Shown here: piece by piece, positions 39,612 to 48,102 of the stretch
Layout of the letters: each line of letters begins with the position of its first letter
How positions within the stretch are numbered: the first letter of the stretch is position 1
Assembly (NCBI GenBank): GCA_027028245.1
Contig: JALVJO010000057.1
Span: 27,759 to 91,758, forward strand
DNA length: 64,000 nt
Direction of reading: 5' to 3'
From: Deltaproteobacteria bacterium
GTDB taxonomy: Bacteria > Desulfobacterota > Dissulfuribacteria > Dissulfuribacterales > QOAL01
Notes under the pieces: model-generated
What the model was told of the DNA's origin: nothing
Database searches by the model: none
Seen by the model: only the letters and a program-made list of their open reading frames with translations
Program-made: the position numbers and the translations under genes

Positions 39612-41840
39612 TTATAGAATCCTGAATATTATTTTGAAAACAAGCCCTGTAGGCTTATTGAGTTCAGCTGTAACATCTGCGTCATGGGCCTCAAGAATTG
39701 ATTTTACTATTGCAAGTCCCAGACCTGTTCCGCCCTTTTTCTTTGAATAGTAGGGTTCAAATATCCTGGAAAGATCCCTTGAAATAATGCCTCTTCCGTT
39801 ATCTCTGATTTGGACTTCTATGCCTTTATCCTTGGGTCTATAGACAACCGAAATGTCTATTTGAGTAGCCTTTCCTGCTGAAATTGCATTGTCTATTATA
39901 TTTATAAACACACGCTTTATCTGTTCAGAATCTATCTTCATGGGGGGCAGATCTTTTGGAACATCTATCCGAACATTTACCATATCCTGGTAGAATGCTG
40001 CGGCTTCCATAATTACCTTCTCTAGGGAGGCGGTTCTGAGTACAGGGGCGGGCATCCTGGCGAACCTTGAAAATTCGTCCACCAATCTTTTAAGTTCATC
40101 GGCCTGGCTTATTATAGTCTGTGTACATCTTTCAAAGACTTCAAGGTCTTTTTCTGAAAACTTTCCCTGGAATTTTCTGTTGAGACGCTGTGCAGAAAGC
40201 TTTATTGGTGTAAGGGGATTTTTGACCTCGTGGGCAATTCTCCTTGCCACGTCTCGCCATGCTGCGATCCTCTGGACACGCTCCATATCTGTCAGATCGT
40301 CAAAGACTATCAGTATTCCGTAGACTCTGCCGTCATGATCCCTCAGCATGGAAAAATTCACCAGGAGGGATCTGGATTCTCCCTGAATCTCGATCTTGAT
40401 GGATCTCTTGATAGAGCCATGGTGCTGAGAAAGAAGTTCTTTTCTTATGTTTTCAAATTCTTGGAGTTCTTCATGCCCAAGAAGTTCGGTATATCTGGAT
40501 TTAAGCAGCGATTGGGCATCTTTTTGGAGTATTTCACAGGCCGATCTGTTAATAGTTGTGATATTTCCTTCTCTGTCCAGGCTTATAACACCTGCAGTGA
40601 TGTTTTCCAGGAGCATTTCGATATACGCCTTTCTGTGTTCAATTTCAGTAAAGCTCCTGAGAAGCTGGCGGGAAGCCTCTTCAGCCCTTCTCCTTGCCTC
40701 CTTCAGATCCAATGTCATGGTGTTGAATGCCCGGACAAGGCTGCTGAGTTCATCCCTTCCCCGTGGCTCCAGCCTGAAATCAAGGTCTCCCTGGGCGACC
40801 CTTTGGGTTGCCTCGGCAAGCATCTGTACTGGTTCTGTAATTCCCTTGGCAAGTTTGAAGGCAAACCATATGGACACGAATATAATGAGCAGGGTTATGA
40901 GAAAAAGGGTTGAGAGCAGGCTTGTCTTCAAGGGGTCCTGGAAGACTCTTAGGCGTTTGTATCCCTCGAAGCCCTGCCTTATGTCCTCCAGTTGGGAAAC
41001 TATGTCCTCTGATAGAAACCTGCCCACACTGAGATAGGCAAGTGGTCTTGAATTTTCATCCAAAATGGGCTGAACAACCCTTATTACGGTTCCGGTATTT
41101 GTGTCAAAATGAAGGACTACAGGCTCCCTGGCAAGTTTATTTCCTATCTCCTTTACGTCAACAGGCGGCAGATTTTCAGTAAGAGGCAGCCAAGCCCTTT
41201 TAAGCAGTATTCCGCCTTGGGGGTCCATTAGTTCCAGGGAATTTATTGCGTTATATCTTATTATCCTGGCAGGAAGGGTAGAGATGACGGCAGGAGCAGT
41301 TATATTTTCCACGCACTGCCTGTCTATTACGGGTTCCCTGTCGGAAATGCAGTGAAGCTTTATCTCGTCGGCCAGGATGTTTTCTATGTCCTTCAACTGT
41401 TTAACCTGGGACTGGTAATAGCTTCTTCCTACGGAAAGCGCCTGCTCAAGGCTGTATTCGATCCTGGTATCGAACCAGTAAGCCAGGCTCGTCTTAAGAA
41501 ACTGAAACGAAATAAAAAACAGCAGCAGTGTTGGAAGAAGGGAAATTATGATGAAGCCTATGGTCAATTTTGTCTTGAGTCTTGCCCCCAGAAGATGGAT
41601 ACGTTCCTCGAAGATGAGCTTTACAAGGTTTCGTATCACCAGGAAACTCAATACCAGGATGAGGAGTAGGTTGATGTTTATTATTACAAATACCAGTACG
41701 TTGGTATACTTAGGAAGGGGTTTTATGGTTGAAACCAGCCTGAATTCAATGACGGAAAAAATCACTAAGAGGAGGCCGGTAGCAATAATAAGGAGCCGTT
41801 CTCTGCCTTTTTTATGCTTAATATCGAAATTCAACTTCAT
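39612..41840 (-). CDS. ntrY: NtrY-like sensor histidine kinase (multi-TM, HAMP, PAS, HisKA, HATPase_c)
   Basis: N-terminal four TM helices, HAMP and PAS domains. H-box IAHEVKNPLTPIKLSAQRL matches the NtrY-type HE(I/V)KNPLTPI box. G boxes DNGRGI and GTGLGLAIV. The start MKLNFD (41840) is preferred. Confidence 0.85.
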   Translation of the reverse strand: MKLNFDIKHKKGRERLLIIATGLLLVIFSVIEFRLVSTIKPLPKYTNVLVFVIININLLLILVLSFLVIRNLVKLIFEERIHLLGARLKTKLTIGFIIISLLPTLLLFFISFQFLKTSLAYWFDTRIEYSLEQALSVGRSYYQSQVKQLKDIENILADEIKLHCISDREPVIDRQCVENITAPAVISTLPARIIRYNAINSLELMDPQGGILLKRAWLPLTENLPPVDVKEIGNKLAREPVVLHFDTNTGTVIRVVQPILDENSRPLAYLSVGRFLSEDIVSQLEDIRQGFEGYKRLRVFQDPLKTSLLSTLFLITLLIIFVSIWFAFKLAKGITEPVQMLAEATQRVAQGDLDFRLEPRGRDELSSLVRAFNTMTLDLKEARRRAEEASRQLLRSFTEIEHRKAYIEMLLENITAGVISLDREGNITTINRSACEILQKDAQSLLKSRYTELLGHEELQEFENIRKELLSQHHGSIKRSIKIEIQGESRSLLVNFSMLRDHDGRVYGILIVFDDLTDMERVQRIAAWRDVARRIAHEVKNPLTPIKLSAQRLNRKFQGKFSEKDLEVFERCTQTIISQADELKRLVDEFSRFARMPAPVLRTASLEKVIMEAAAFYQDMVNVRIDVPKDLPPMKIDSEQIKRVFINIIDNAISAGKATQIDISVVYRPKDKGIEVQIRDNGRGIISRDLSRIFEPYYSKKKGGTGLGLAIVKSILEAHDADVTAELNKPTGLVFKIIFRIL

Positions 41841-42429
41841 ATGGGTCAGTGGAAAAACCAAAGGAAGAAAACAACTTGACCAGGCGTCCGAAAGGCATGG
41901 AAGATTCGCCTTTTTTGGCACTGGCCTTTATTTCCAGAAAATATCTCTCTCCCTTTGACAACTTGTTCAAGGATATGATGGGCAAGTGTCTGATCCTGAA
42001 AAGATATCCCAAGGCCTCTTGAAGGCTGGATACTGTTACAATCCTGGTGGATGGGTAGTAAAAAGAAAGGACATATTCATCTCGGATGTTGTCAAGCACT
42101 ATGGTCCTGGCAAGTTCAAGGTGCTTCAATTCGTTGTCCCAAAGAAGCCTCTTTTTCTTGAGAGATATTTCAAACAGGTATTTTACAGGGATACCGCTTT
42201 GGAGGATTTTTTCTATCCTAGGGGTCAAGCCCCGCTCAAGCCTGAAACTGACACAAAGCCGGTCCTGGCAGCGGTTGAGCTGTATGTTTTTTATCTCTGG
42301 ACGGCCTTGGTCTTCGGCCGGGAAAACGGGTGGCTCAAAAATATAAAAAAAAAGAAGGCCATACAGGACGAAAAAGCAAACTTTTTTCAAAGCGGGCCCT
42401 TTTTCATTCCTGTATGTCCCATTAAACAT
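41818..42429 (-). CDS. DUF4390-like protein (periplasmic or membrane-anchored)
   Basis: 203 aa with an N-terminal hydrophobic anchor. It overlaps the ntrY-like start by 23 nt. From memory, a DUF4390 gene precedes ntrYX in beta-proteobacteria. Family assignment is by position and weak resemblance only. Confidence 0.55.
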   Translation of the reverse strand: MFNGTYRNEKGPALKKVCFFVLYGLLFFYIFEPPVFPAEDQGRPEIKNIQLNRCQDRLCVSFRLERGLTPRIEKILQSGIPVKYLFEISLKKKRLLWDNELKHLELARTIVLDNIRDEYVLSFYYPSTRIVTVSSLQEALGYLFRIRHLPIISLNKLSKGERYFLEIKASAKKGESSMPFGRLVKLFSSFGFSTDPYEVEFRY

Positions 42430-42598
42430 GTCTGATCAGGGGTGTCCTGTTCTTTGCCTGAATATCAGGAACCTGTTTCCTTTCCATGAAGTTGTTATGA
42501 AAATGTCACCCCAATGGCTGTATTCAAGATCCCTTAAATATCGTCAGCATATTTTTTATCTTTTTCACGGGATGGAATTTGGTCTTGGGTCAAGAGGC

Positions 42599-43627
42599 CT
42601 ATTTTTTTCTTTCAAGTACATACAACGCAATAATCATCATATTGGTTTTAATGGTGGAATCTGAAAAGATCTCCAGGCTTTCACAGGCTGCTTCCACAAG
42701 ATCCCTTGCCTTTTTAATTGTGTAATGGATACCGCCTGTTTCCATAAGCAGTTCCTTTACCCATATAAAGTCCGAGGAGGAGGTGAACCCCTGACAAAGC
42801 AGGCTCATGAGCCTGTCCCTTTTTTTTCTGGAAGCCTTGTCCAGGGCCACAACTATGGGCAGCGTCAGCTTGCCCTCGGCAAGATCCGTTCCAGTCAGTT
42901 TGCCGAATTCACTGGAATCCGCAGTAAAATCAAGAACATCGTCTACCATCTGGAATGCCTGCCCAAGGTACAGGCCGTAATTGCTCAGGGCCTCGACCTG
43001 TTCCAGGGAACCATTGGCCATTAATGCACCTATTCGGCAGGAAGTGGAAATGAGGGCGGCAGTTTTTCTGTAAATGACATCCAGGTAAGTATCTTCATCA
43101 AAGCTCGGAACCTTGGCATGGAGAAGCTGTATTATCTCGCCCTCTGACATCAGTGCCACCGTTTTAGAAATGGAACGGGCTATCCTTATGTCTTCAAAGC
43201 GGGTCGCCAGTTCTATAGCCCTGGCGTAGAGGAAGTCACCCACCAGTACTGCAGCATTATTGCCCCAGATCTTGTATGCAGGTGTCTTCCCCCTTCTCAT
43301 TTCGCCGGCGTCAACCACGTCGTCGTGCAACAGGCTGGCTGCATGAAGATATTCCGGCACTGCGGAAAGATCGTAAATATCATCTCCTCGGTAACCGCAA
43401 AGTTTTGCAGCGCAAACAGTAAGAAGGGGTCTCAACCTCTTTCCTCCGGCAAAAAGAATGTGGCTGCTGACCTGGTTGACAAAGGAGATGTGAGAGGCGA
43501 AATGTCTCTTCAGGGTGGTTTCAATCTTTACAAAATCCGGTTGAAAGAAGTCCATGACTTCTTTCAGGGATTTTTTTGACCCTGACAGCTCTTTCAAGAC
43601 TAAAGTCAAATTCTTGTCCTCTTCCAA
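42599..43627 (-). CDS. Long-chain polyprenyl diphosphate synthase (IspB-like)
   Basis: Aspartate-rich motifs LLHDDVVD and FQMVDDVLD, plus GGKRLRP. The start codon is uncertain (TTG 43627 or a downstream ATG). Confidence 0.85.
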   Translation of the reverse strand: MEEDKNLTLVLKELSGSKKSLKEVMDFFQPDFVKIETTLKRHFASHISFVNQVSSHILFAGGKRLRPLLTVCAAKLCGYRGDDIYDLSAVPEYLHAASLLHDDVVDAGEMRRGKTPAYKIWGNNAAVLVGDFLYARAIELATRFEDIRIARSISKTVALMSEGEIIQLLHAKVPSFDEDTYLDVIYRKTAALISTSCRIGALMANGSLEQVEALSNYGLYLGQAFQMVDDVLDFTADSSEFGKLTGTDLAEGKLTLPIVVALDKASRKKRDRLMSLLCQGFTSSSDFIWVKELLMETGGIHYTIKKARDLVEAACESLEIFSDSTIKTNMMIIALYVLERKK

Positions 43628-44062
43628 AATTTATAAAGAAATAACACAGTTTAGGAGGTAAGTACAAGCCTGAAGGGTGCACAGGAAAAAAACAACCCAA
43701 GAAAAACAGGCTAGTCTCAGGATCTGGTAGCGGTGCTATTTTCCCAATAACGGCGCTCCGGCCGAATGAGCTGAAGGGCCATTTTATTAGGAAGACGAAC
43801 TGGAGCAGGATTTTTTCTTGGAGGAGTTCTTCTGTTCCCTGTTGATTTTATGTCGGTCCCCGACATTGCAAGATTGCGTGCCTCAGGACGGAATGCCCAG
43901 TTTCGGCAGCAGCCACCTGTTGATAAAGATCCATACGATCAAAAACAGAAAGAGCAGCAGCAGATTTTCCATAATTCTCCATACAGACAGGGCCTGCAGA
44001 CCCTTTTCGGCCTGAGGCCCTGGTTTTGTGATTATAAAAGGGGAACTGAAAAAGGGCTTATA

Positions 44063-44461
44063 TCAGTGATGGCCTTCCCCTTCTCCTGATGTTCCCATGA
44101 GTCTGTTGTAGCCCTTAACTCCGATGTGGCAGAGGGTACACCTGGTATTTGATGCAAAGGCACTTTCACCGTCGTGGCAGGTGCCGCAGTATTTTCCCTG
44201 GTAAAGCGATTTCATGTTGAAATCCGCGTTTTCTTCAGCAGTACCTGCTGCCATTTCAAAGGGATCATCATGGCATGAATCACAATCAAGACCATTATCT
44301 ATGTGGCTTTTATGATCAAAAATAACGGCCTTTACCGGCTTTGTAAAAATTATGGGTTCCTGCGGATAGTCCTCATCCTGGCCCATTACCTGTCCTGCAG
44401 ACATGAACATGACAAGTGCCACCGTGCCCATTAATGCATATAGTAAACCTTTTTTATACAT
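44063..44461 (-). CDS. Triheme c-type cytochrome (cytochrome c7/c3 family)
   Basis: Signal/anchor MYKKGLLYALMGTVALVMFMSAG. Three CXXCH motifs (CDSCH, CGTCH, CTLCH) in the VIFDHKSH...C..CH...GKYCGTCH...C..CH pattern. A G-rich SD precedes ATG 44461. Confidence 0.8.
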   Translation of the reverse strand: MYKKGLLYALMGTVALVMFMSAGQVMGQDEDYPQEPIIFTKPVKAVIFDHKSHIDNGLDCDSCHDDPFEMAAGTAEENADFNMKSLYQGKYCGTCHDGESAFASNTRCTLCHIGVKGYNRLMGTSGEGEGHH

Positions 44462-44478
44462 GTTAGTCCCCCCTCGAA

Positions 44479-45222
44479 TTAATCGTTCATGTAGAAAATA
44501 CATGGTTTGGCCCCGGTTTCCGGTCTGAGGACCCATACGGCCTTGTCCGGCTGGTGTATAAGGTTCCAGACCTCGCTGTTGTGGTCGGATAGGTCACCGA
44601 AGACACGCACGTGGGCAGGACAAGCAGCCGCACAGGCAGTCAGTTTCTCACCCTTGGAAAGACGGGTATCCCAGCAGAAATTACACTTGTCAATGGCCTT
44701 CTTTTCTTCATTGTAATATCTGGCATTATAGGGGCAGGCAGCCATGCATGTTTTACAGCCGATACATTTTTCCACATGCATGACAACTATTCCCGTTTTG
44801 GGATCCTTTGTGGTTGCCCTGGTGGGGCATACCCTCACACATGGGGGATTGAGGCAGTGGTTGCACAGGACCGGCATGAATACGGGAAACTTTTTTCCCT
44901 CATTGTCCGTTGCCTCCCTTTCAAGGATGGTTGTCCTGAACCCGTATTCCGGCACATGGTTGGTCTTGACGCATGCTTCCTTGCACTTTTCACAATCCAC
45001 GCAGTCATTCTGACGAATAACCATGCAGTAATGCGGTTTGTATGGAGTGTTGTCATAGCCTGCCAATGTAAGTTCAGCAGCTGCATCCTTTTCAGAAATC
45101 GGCATTAGGGACAGCACAGTTCCTCCGGCCATGACCCCGGTGATCTTAAGGCCGAGTTTTAAAAACTCCCTTCTTTCCTCATCAGTGACAAAATCTGGTT
45201 TGGTGGACCGTTGTTCTTTCAC
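44479..45222 (-). CDS. Tat-exported 4x[4Fe-4S] ferredoxin-type subunit (NrfC/PsrB/HybA/DsrO-like)
   Basis: Twin-arginine motif ERREFLKLG. Four Cys clusters (CVDCEKCKEAC, CNHCLNPPCVRVCP, CIGCKTCMAACP, CNFC...CAAACP). Confidence 0.85.
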   Translation of the reverse strand: MKEQRSTKPDFVTDEERREFLKLGLKITGVMAGGTVLSLMPISEKDAAAELTLAGYDNTPYKPHYCMVIRQNDCVDCEKCKEACVKTNHVPEYGFRTTILEREATDNEGKKFPVFMPVLCNHCLNPPCVRVCPTRATTKDPKTGIVVMHVEKCIGCKTCMAACPYNARYYNEEKKAIDKCNFCWDTRLSKGEKLTACAAACPAHVRVFGDLSDHNSEVWNLIHQPDKAVWVLRPETGAKPCIFYMND

Positions 45223-45559
45223 TTTTATTGTCCTCCTAAGGGGTTATCTATTGTTTTGTGATTTTAAACGCAAAACCTCCCGCATTGCAACACCCTGCCC
45301 TGAAAAAATAACCTGATTTTCAGATGAAGGCCCCGTGTTCAAATCAGGAATAGGAACACGCCTCCTTCACGGTAATATTTTCACTAATGGAGTTTAGCAC
45401 AAAATGAATGACGGTTCACTAAAAATTTTAAAAATTTTTCTATAGGTCCTTTTCTTGAAGTGGGCTGACGCCATTTATGAAGTTAACAAAGGTGTTCCTG
45501 CAAGAAAATTCGTGCAATAATAGAAAAACCAAATCCCTTGATTTTCAGGAGGTCTCCGG

Positions 45560-47995
45560 ATGAATCCCGGTTTTGATTTTGAAAGACTGGATACCTTTTT
45601 TTTGGGCCGTGAAGTGGATATCAAGACAGGGCGTCTCTATGACCAGCCCCTGCTTTTTAAAAACAGGAATCTGACCACTCATGCTGCCATAATAGGAATG
45701 ACCGGCAGCGGCAAAACGGGGCTGGGAATAGCCATGATAGAAGAGGCGGCCATGGATTCCATTCCCGTAATTGTCATAGACCCCAAGGGAGACATGGGGA
45801 ATCTTATGCTCTCTTTTCCTGATCTGTCCCCAGGGGATTTCCTTCCTTGGATAGATGAAGCAGCGGCAGGTCAAAAGGGCCTGAGCAGGGAAGAATACGC
45901 CGAAAAGACGGCTGAAACCTGGAAAAAGGGTCTTAAAAAGTGGTGGCAGGGGCCGGAAAGAATAGCCGCGTGCATGGAAAAGGCAGAACGGCGCATATTC
46001 ACACCAGGAAGCACTGCTGGAGAGCCTGTATCCATCCTTGGGGGATTTGAGTCTCCGGATGCAGAGATACTTGAAGATGTAGATGCCTTAAACAGCCTGA
46101 TCACCTCCACTGTGTCGGGTCTGCTGGCCCTGGCAGGGATGGAATCAGACCCTCTCAAGGGCAGGGAAAACCTGCTCCTTTCCACCATTTTTCTTTATTT
46201 CTGGAGAAGGAATCAGGGTCTTAGCCTTGAATCCCTCATAGGAAGCATAATCAACCCCCCTTTCCAGAAGCTGGGGGTCTTGCCGCTGGAGACCATTTAT
46301 CCCTCTGCTGAGCGCATGAAGCTTGCCATGGTCTTCAATACGGTACTTGCAAGTCCCGGCTTTTCATCCTGGCTGCAGGGCATTCCCCTGGATATCGGTA
46401 GGATTTTGTATGGAGAAAACGGCAGGCCCAGGATTTCTATTTTTTCCCTGCCTCACCTGGGAGAACCGGAGCGCATGTTCTTTGTCACAGTGCTCCTGAA
46501 CAGGTTTTTAAGCTGGCTTCGGATGCAGCAGGGGAGCACGTCTGTAAGGTGCCTGCTCTACATGGATGAGATCTCAGGTTATTTTCCGCCAGTGGCATCT
46601 CCTCCCAGCAAGAGGCCCATGCTCATGCTTCTGAAGCAGGCCCGGGCATACGGAGCAGGTATAATTTTGTCAACCCAAAACCCTGCAGACCTCGACTACA
46701 AGGGGCTTTCAAATATAGGTACCTGGTTTATCGGAAGGCTTCAGACCAGACAGGACCAGGACAAGGTGCTTGAGGGGCTGGAGACAGCCTCGGCTGATAC
46801 CTTTGACAAATCGGGGATGAGGACAGCCCTTTCCTCTTTGCCCGGCCGCACTTTTCTTCTCCGCTCAGTCCACTTGAACAGGCACCTGTTCTTTAGGACC
46901 AGATGGGTGATGTCGTATCTCCGGGGCCCTTTGACGCTTGAGAACATAAAAAGGCTTAAGAACAATTCTGGCCGGGATGAAAAACCCCTTTACTCTTCTC
47001 AAAGAAAAACCGACATGCGTGGACAGGCACTCGGCATGGAATCCCTATTTCCCGGTAAGCTACGTGGAGGTGAGCTTTCCAAGCGTCCGATTTTGGCAGC
47101 AGGCATCACCCAGCTGTTTCACGTGCCCCCAGTTCCTGCAGAAAGGTTCCTGCTCAGGCCGTATCTTGCGTTAACCGCCAAGGTTCGGTTTTTTGATGTT
47201 CGAAGGGGAATTGACATTATCCGCCATGAAAGTGCCAAGGTCTTTATGGATGAAAATTTTGTCCAGGCCGACTGGAAGACTGCAGAACCCCTGGACATAG
47301 AAGCCTCTGACCTTGCTCAGTCTCCCCCGGAAGAGGCTTCCTATTTTTCCCTGCCCCAGTCATTGCTTTCGTCAAGGTCTCTGGCACCTTTTGCAAGATC
47401 ATGGTCGGATTTTTTATATCGAAGCTGCAGGCTCAAGCTTTTCCGGGTGAAAAGTTTGAAGCTCGAGTCTCGTCCCGGGGAATCCCTGGAGGATTTCCGG
47501 GCCAGAATGGCCGCGATATTAAGAACCAGGAAACAAGATGCCTTAGATAAGCTGGAAACCAGGTATGAAAAGCGCTACCTGGTCCTGGAAGACAGGCTGG
47601 CCAGGGCCAGAAGCCGTCTGGAAAAGGAGAAGGGGGATGTTGCGGCCAGGGGCGTTGATACAGCTGTATCTTTCGGCGTTGCTATTCTGGGAGCACTTTT
47701 CGGCAGAAGGACCCTATCTGGTGCAAATGCGTCAAGGGCTGGAAGGGGCATAAGAAGTGCCGGCAGGATGCTCAGGGAAAAAGAGGATGTTCAAAGGGCA
47801 CGGGCCTCAGTAGAGCGTGCAGAAGAAGCCTTGAGGCTCCTTGCCCGCGGGCTTGACAAGGATACTCAAAAGATATCTCAGAAATATTCTCCTGAAAATT
47901 ATCCTGTTGAAGGTTTTTTTATCAAACCCCGGAGAACAGACGTGTATGAGGTGAAGAGCTTTATACTCTGGGAAGCCCTTCCTGATATTGCCTAA
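45560..47995 (+). CDS. Large P-loop ATPase, HerA/FtsK-like (DUF87/DUF853-type) with uncharacterised C-terminal half
   Basis: 811 aa. Walker A IIGMTGSGKTG followed by VIVIDPKGD. Walker B-like CLLYMDEISGYF. ILSTQNPADLDY segment. The C-terminal ~330 aa include a coiled coil (ALDKLETRYEKRYLVLEDRLARARSRLEKEKGD). AGGAGG lies 7 nt before the ATG. Confidence 0.75.
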   Translation: MNPGFDFERLDTFFLGREVDIKTGRLYDQPLLFKNRNLTTHAAIIGMTGSGKTGLGIAMIEEAAMDSIPVIVIDPKGDMGNLMLSFPDLSPGDFLPWIDEAAAGQKGLSREEYAEKTAETWKKGLKKWWQGPERIAACMEKAERRIFTPGSTAGEPVSILGGFESPDAEILEDVDALNSLITSTVSGLLALAGMESDPLKGRENLLLSTIFLYFWRRNQGLSLESLIGSIINPPFQKLGVLPLETIYPSAERMKLAMVFNTVLASPGFSSWLQGIPLDIGRILYGENGRPRISIFSLPHLGEPERMFFVTVLLNRFLSWLRMQQGSTSVRCLLYMDEISGYFPPVASPPSKRPMLMLLKQARAYGAGIILSTQNPADLDYKGLSNIGTWFIGRLQTRQDQDKVLEGLETASADTFDKSGMRTALSSLPGRTFLLRSVHLNRHLFFRTRWVMSYLRGPLTLENIKRLKNNSGRDEKPLYSSQRKTDMRGQALGMESLFPGKLRGGELSKRPILAAGITQLFHVPPVPAERFLLRPYLALTAKVRFFDVRRGIDIIRHESAKVFMDENFVQADWKTAEPLDIEASDLAQSPPEEASYFSLPQSLLSSRSLAPFARSWSDFLYRSCRLKLFRVKSLKLESRPGESLEDFRARMAAILRTRKQDALDKLETRYEKRYLVLEDRLARARSRLEKEKGDVAARGVDTAVSFGVAILGALFGRRTLSGANASRAGRGIRSAGRMLREKEDVQRARASVERAEEALRLLARGLDKDTQKISQKYSPENYPVEGFFIKPRRTDVYEVKSFILWEALPDIA

Positions 47996-48102
47996 TGAGG
48001 TGCAGTTATTATCTTTCATGGAACGATGCGGGAATCTAAAAAATCCAAAAATCGAACATATTCCTGCGCGGGATTCAAACAGTGAATTCAGTGGATTAAC
48101 TC

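Noticed and set aside
44063-45222. Calling the FeS/triheme pair dsrO/dsrJ
   Set aside because: The gene order is reversed relative to dsrMKJOP, and dsrM, dsrK and dsrP are absent. The cytochrome follows the generic c7 pattern. Orthology cannot be claimed without phylogeny.
45285-45300. Sigma-54-like element (minus-strand GGGCAGGGTGTTGCAA) upstream of the Tat-FeS gene
   Set aside because: When the TTGCA -12 element is aligned, the GGCA of the -24 element is displaced by one nucleotide (9-nt rather than 10-nt spacing). Sigma-54 promoters tolerate this poorly.
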